A DNA stretch of 20,000 nucleotides, taken from an uncultured Myxococcia bacterium (GTDB lineage Bacteria; CAZTWC01). Where the stretch lies: NCBI GenBank assembly GCA_964617105.1, contig CAZTWC010000001.1, positions 57,938 through 77,937 on the forward strand, written 5' to 3'. The translations under genes were made by a program, and so were the position numbers. This document shows, in pieces, positions 19,241 through 20,000 of this stretch (within the stretch, counting starts at the first letter, position 1; each line of letters starts with the position of its first letter). Under the pieces are notes generated by a model. That model ran no database searches. It was not told where the DNA came from and worked only from the letters and a program-made list of their open reading frames with translations.

Positions 19241-19594
19241 TTACATAAAGAGACTAAACCAATCTTCGGAAGCGCGGAGAATCCTTACTCCAATGCTTCC
19301 CCGTTCTACTCCCTGGATCTCCCGTGGAACCTTTTTTATCCAGGCTACTTCGCCATCTATTTCAAACGGTTTTCCCTCCACCTCCAACTTGACCCACAAT
19401 AGTTGCCCCACCTTTACTTTTACAAAATTGGTGCCTACATGAATTCCAGTGGGCCCCATATCCTTAGAAAATCCCTTGTGCTGTCCTTCTATTCCAGGAA
19501 AACCAAAAGTAAGGAGGCTTCTTTCCTTGGAGCGCGGCATTTGCCGCTGATGACCGCGAACTTGTTTAACAGGTTTCTCTGACTGGCAACTCAT
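19241..19594 (-). CDS. Stand-alone PilZ-domain protein (putative c-di-GMP receptor)
   Basis: RQMPR (RxxxR), DMGPTG (variant of D/NxSxxG), GEVAW and IGVRI strands. Strong RBS AAGGAGG at 19607-19601. Confidence 0.75.
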   Translation of the reverse strand: MSCQSEKPVKQVRGHQRQMPRSKERSLLTFGFPGIEGQHKGFSKDMGPTGIHVGTNFVKVKVGQLLWVKLEVEGKPFEIDGEVAWIKKVPREIQGVERGSIGVRILRASEDWFSLFM

Positions 19595-20000
19595 CGCTAT
19601 CCTCCTTTATGCTATTTTTTACTTCTTTTAACGAAATTCGAGTGGACGGCAGTACTATCAATCCAAAAAGAGCCGCACAGGCTACCTGGATAAAGTGAAA
19701 CATAATTGCAAAAGCGGCGGCAACCGCTGGCGCAACTCCCATCAATACCAGTCCAGACTTGGTAAAAAGATGAAAACCTCCGACCAGCCCCGGGGTGGGA
19801 ATAGCCACGCCAAGGGTCACAAAAGCCTCCAGGGCCATGGCGTGCAGAGCGGACAAGGGGACAGAAAAACATTGAAACAAAAGAAAACCGCAACTGGCAT
19901 AACAAAACCACATCACTATGCTAGAAACAGTCAGCAGAAGTAAATTTTTCAAACTGCCAACCAACCCCATACTCTTAATAAATGAGGATAAAAAGTTGCC
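19566..20000 (-). CDS. UPF0104 / lysylphosphatidylglycerol synthase TM-region (flippase-like) membrane protein, 3' part
   Basis: Frame is open to the right edge. Multiple hydrophobic segments and the family-like motif AIPTPGLVGGFH...AAAFAIMFHF. Overlaps the PilZ gene by 29 bp. Confidence 0.7.
   Translation of the reverse strand, partial: GNFLSSFIKSMGLVGSLKNLLLLTVSSIVMWFCYASCGFLLFQCFSVPLSALHAMALEAFVTLGVAIPTPGLVGGFHLFTKSGLVLMGVAPAVAAAFAIMFHFIQVACAALFGLIVLPSTRISLKEVKNSIKEDSDELPVRETC

Noticed and set aside
1-20000. CRISPR arrays, tRNA/rRNA genes, IS elements, integrases
   Set aside because: No regularly spaced repeats, RNA-gene signatures or transposase/integrase motifs seen by eye.

Overview
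Scaffold fragment from a Gram-negative bacterium. The gene families suggest a Myxococcota/deltaproteobacteria-like lineage, but this is inference. The left half (minus strand, 10479 to beyond position 1) is almost certainly one hybrid PKS-NRPS megasynthase gene with domain order FAAL-KS-AT-KR-ACP-C-A-PCP-C... It is interrupted only by a 100-N assembly gap (5138-5237). The ORF track misses its ~1,700-codon 3' part because that frame runs off the window edge without a stop; I translated it by hand. The assembly line has three unusual features: no loading ACP between FAAL and KS, a ~35-aa insertion in the KS, and an A domain with FGGS in place of the amine-binding FDxS motif. A ttcA gene lies 16 bp upstream on the same strand. 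Divergently there is a tight exbB-exbD-tonB-TonB-dependent receptor-lipoprotein operon; the receptor carries its own N-terminal TonB_C-like domain, and a sigma70-like promoter and a perfect 14-bp palindrome precede exbB. Next come a possibly 5'-truncated hydrophobic-helix/NHL-propeller protein, a 17-bp hairpin, a PilZ gene and a partial UPF0104 (LPG synthase TM) gene.
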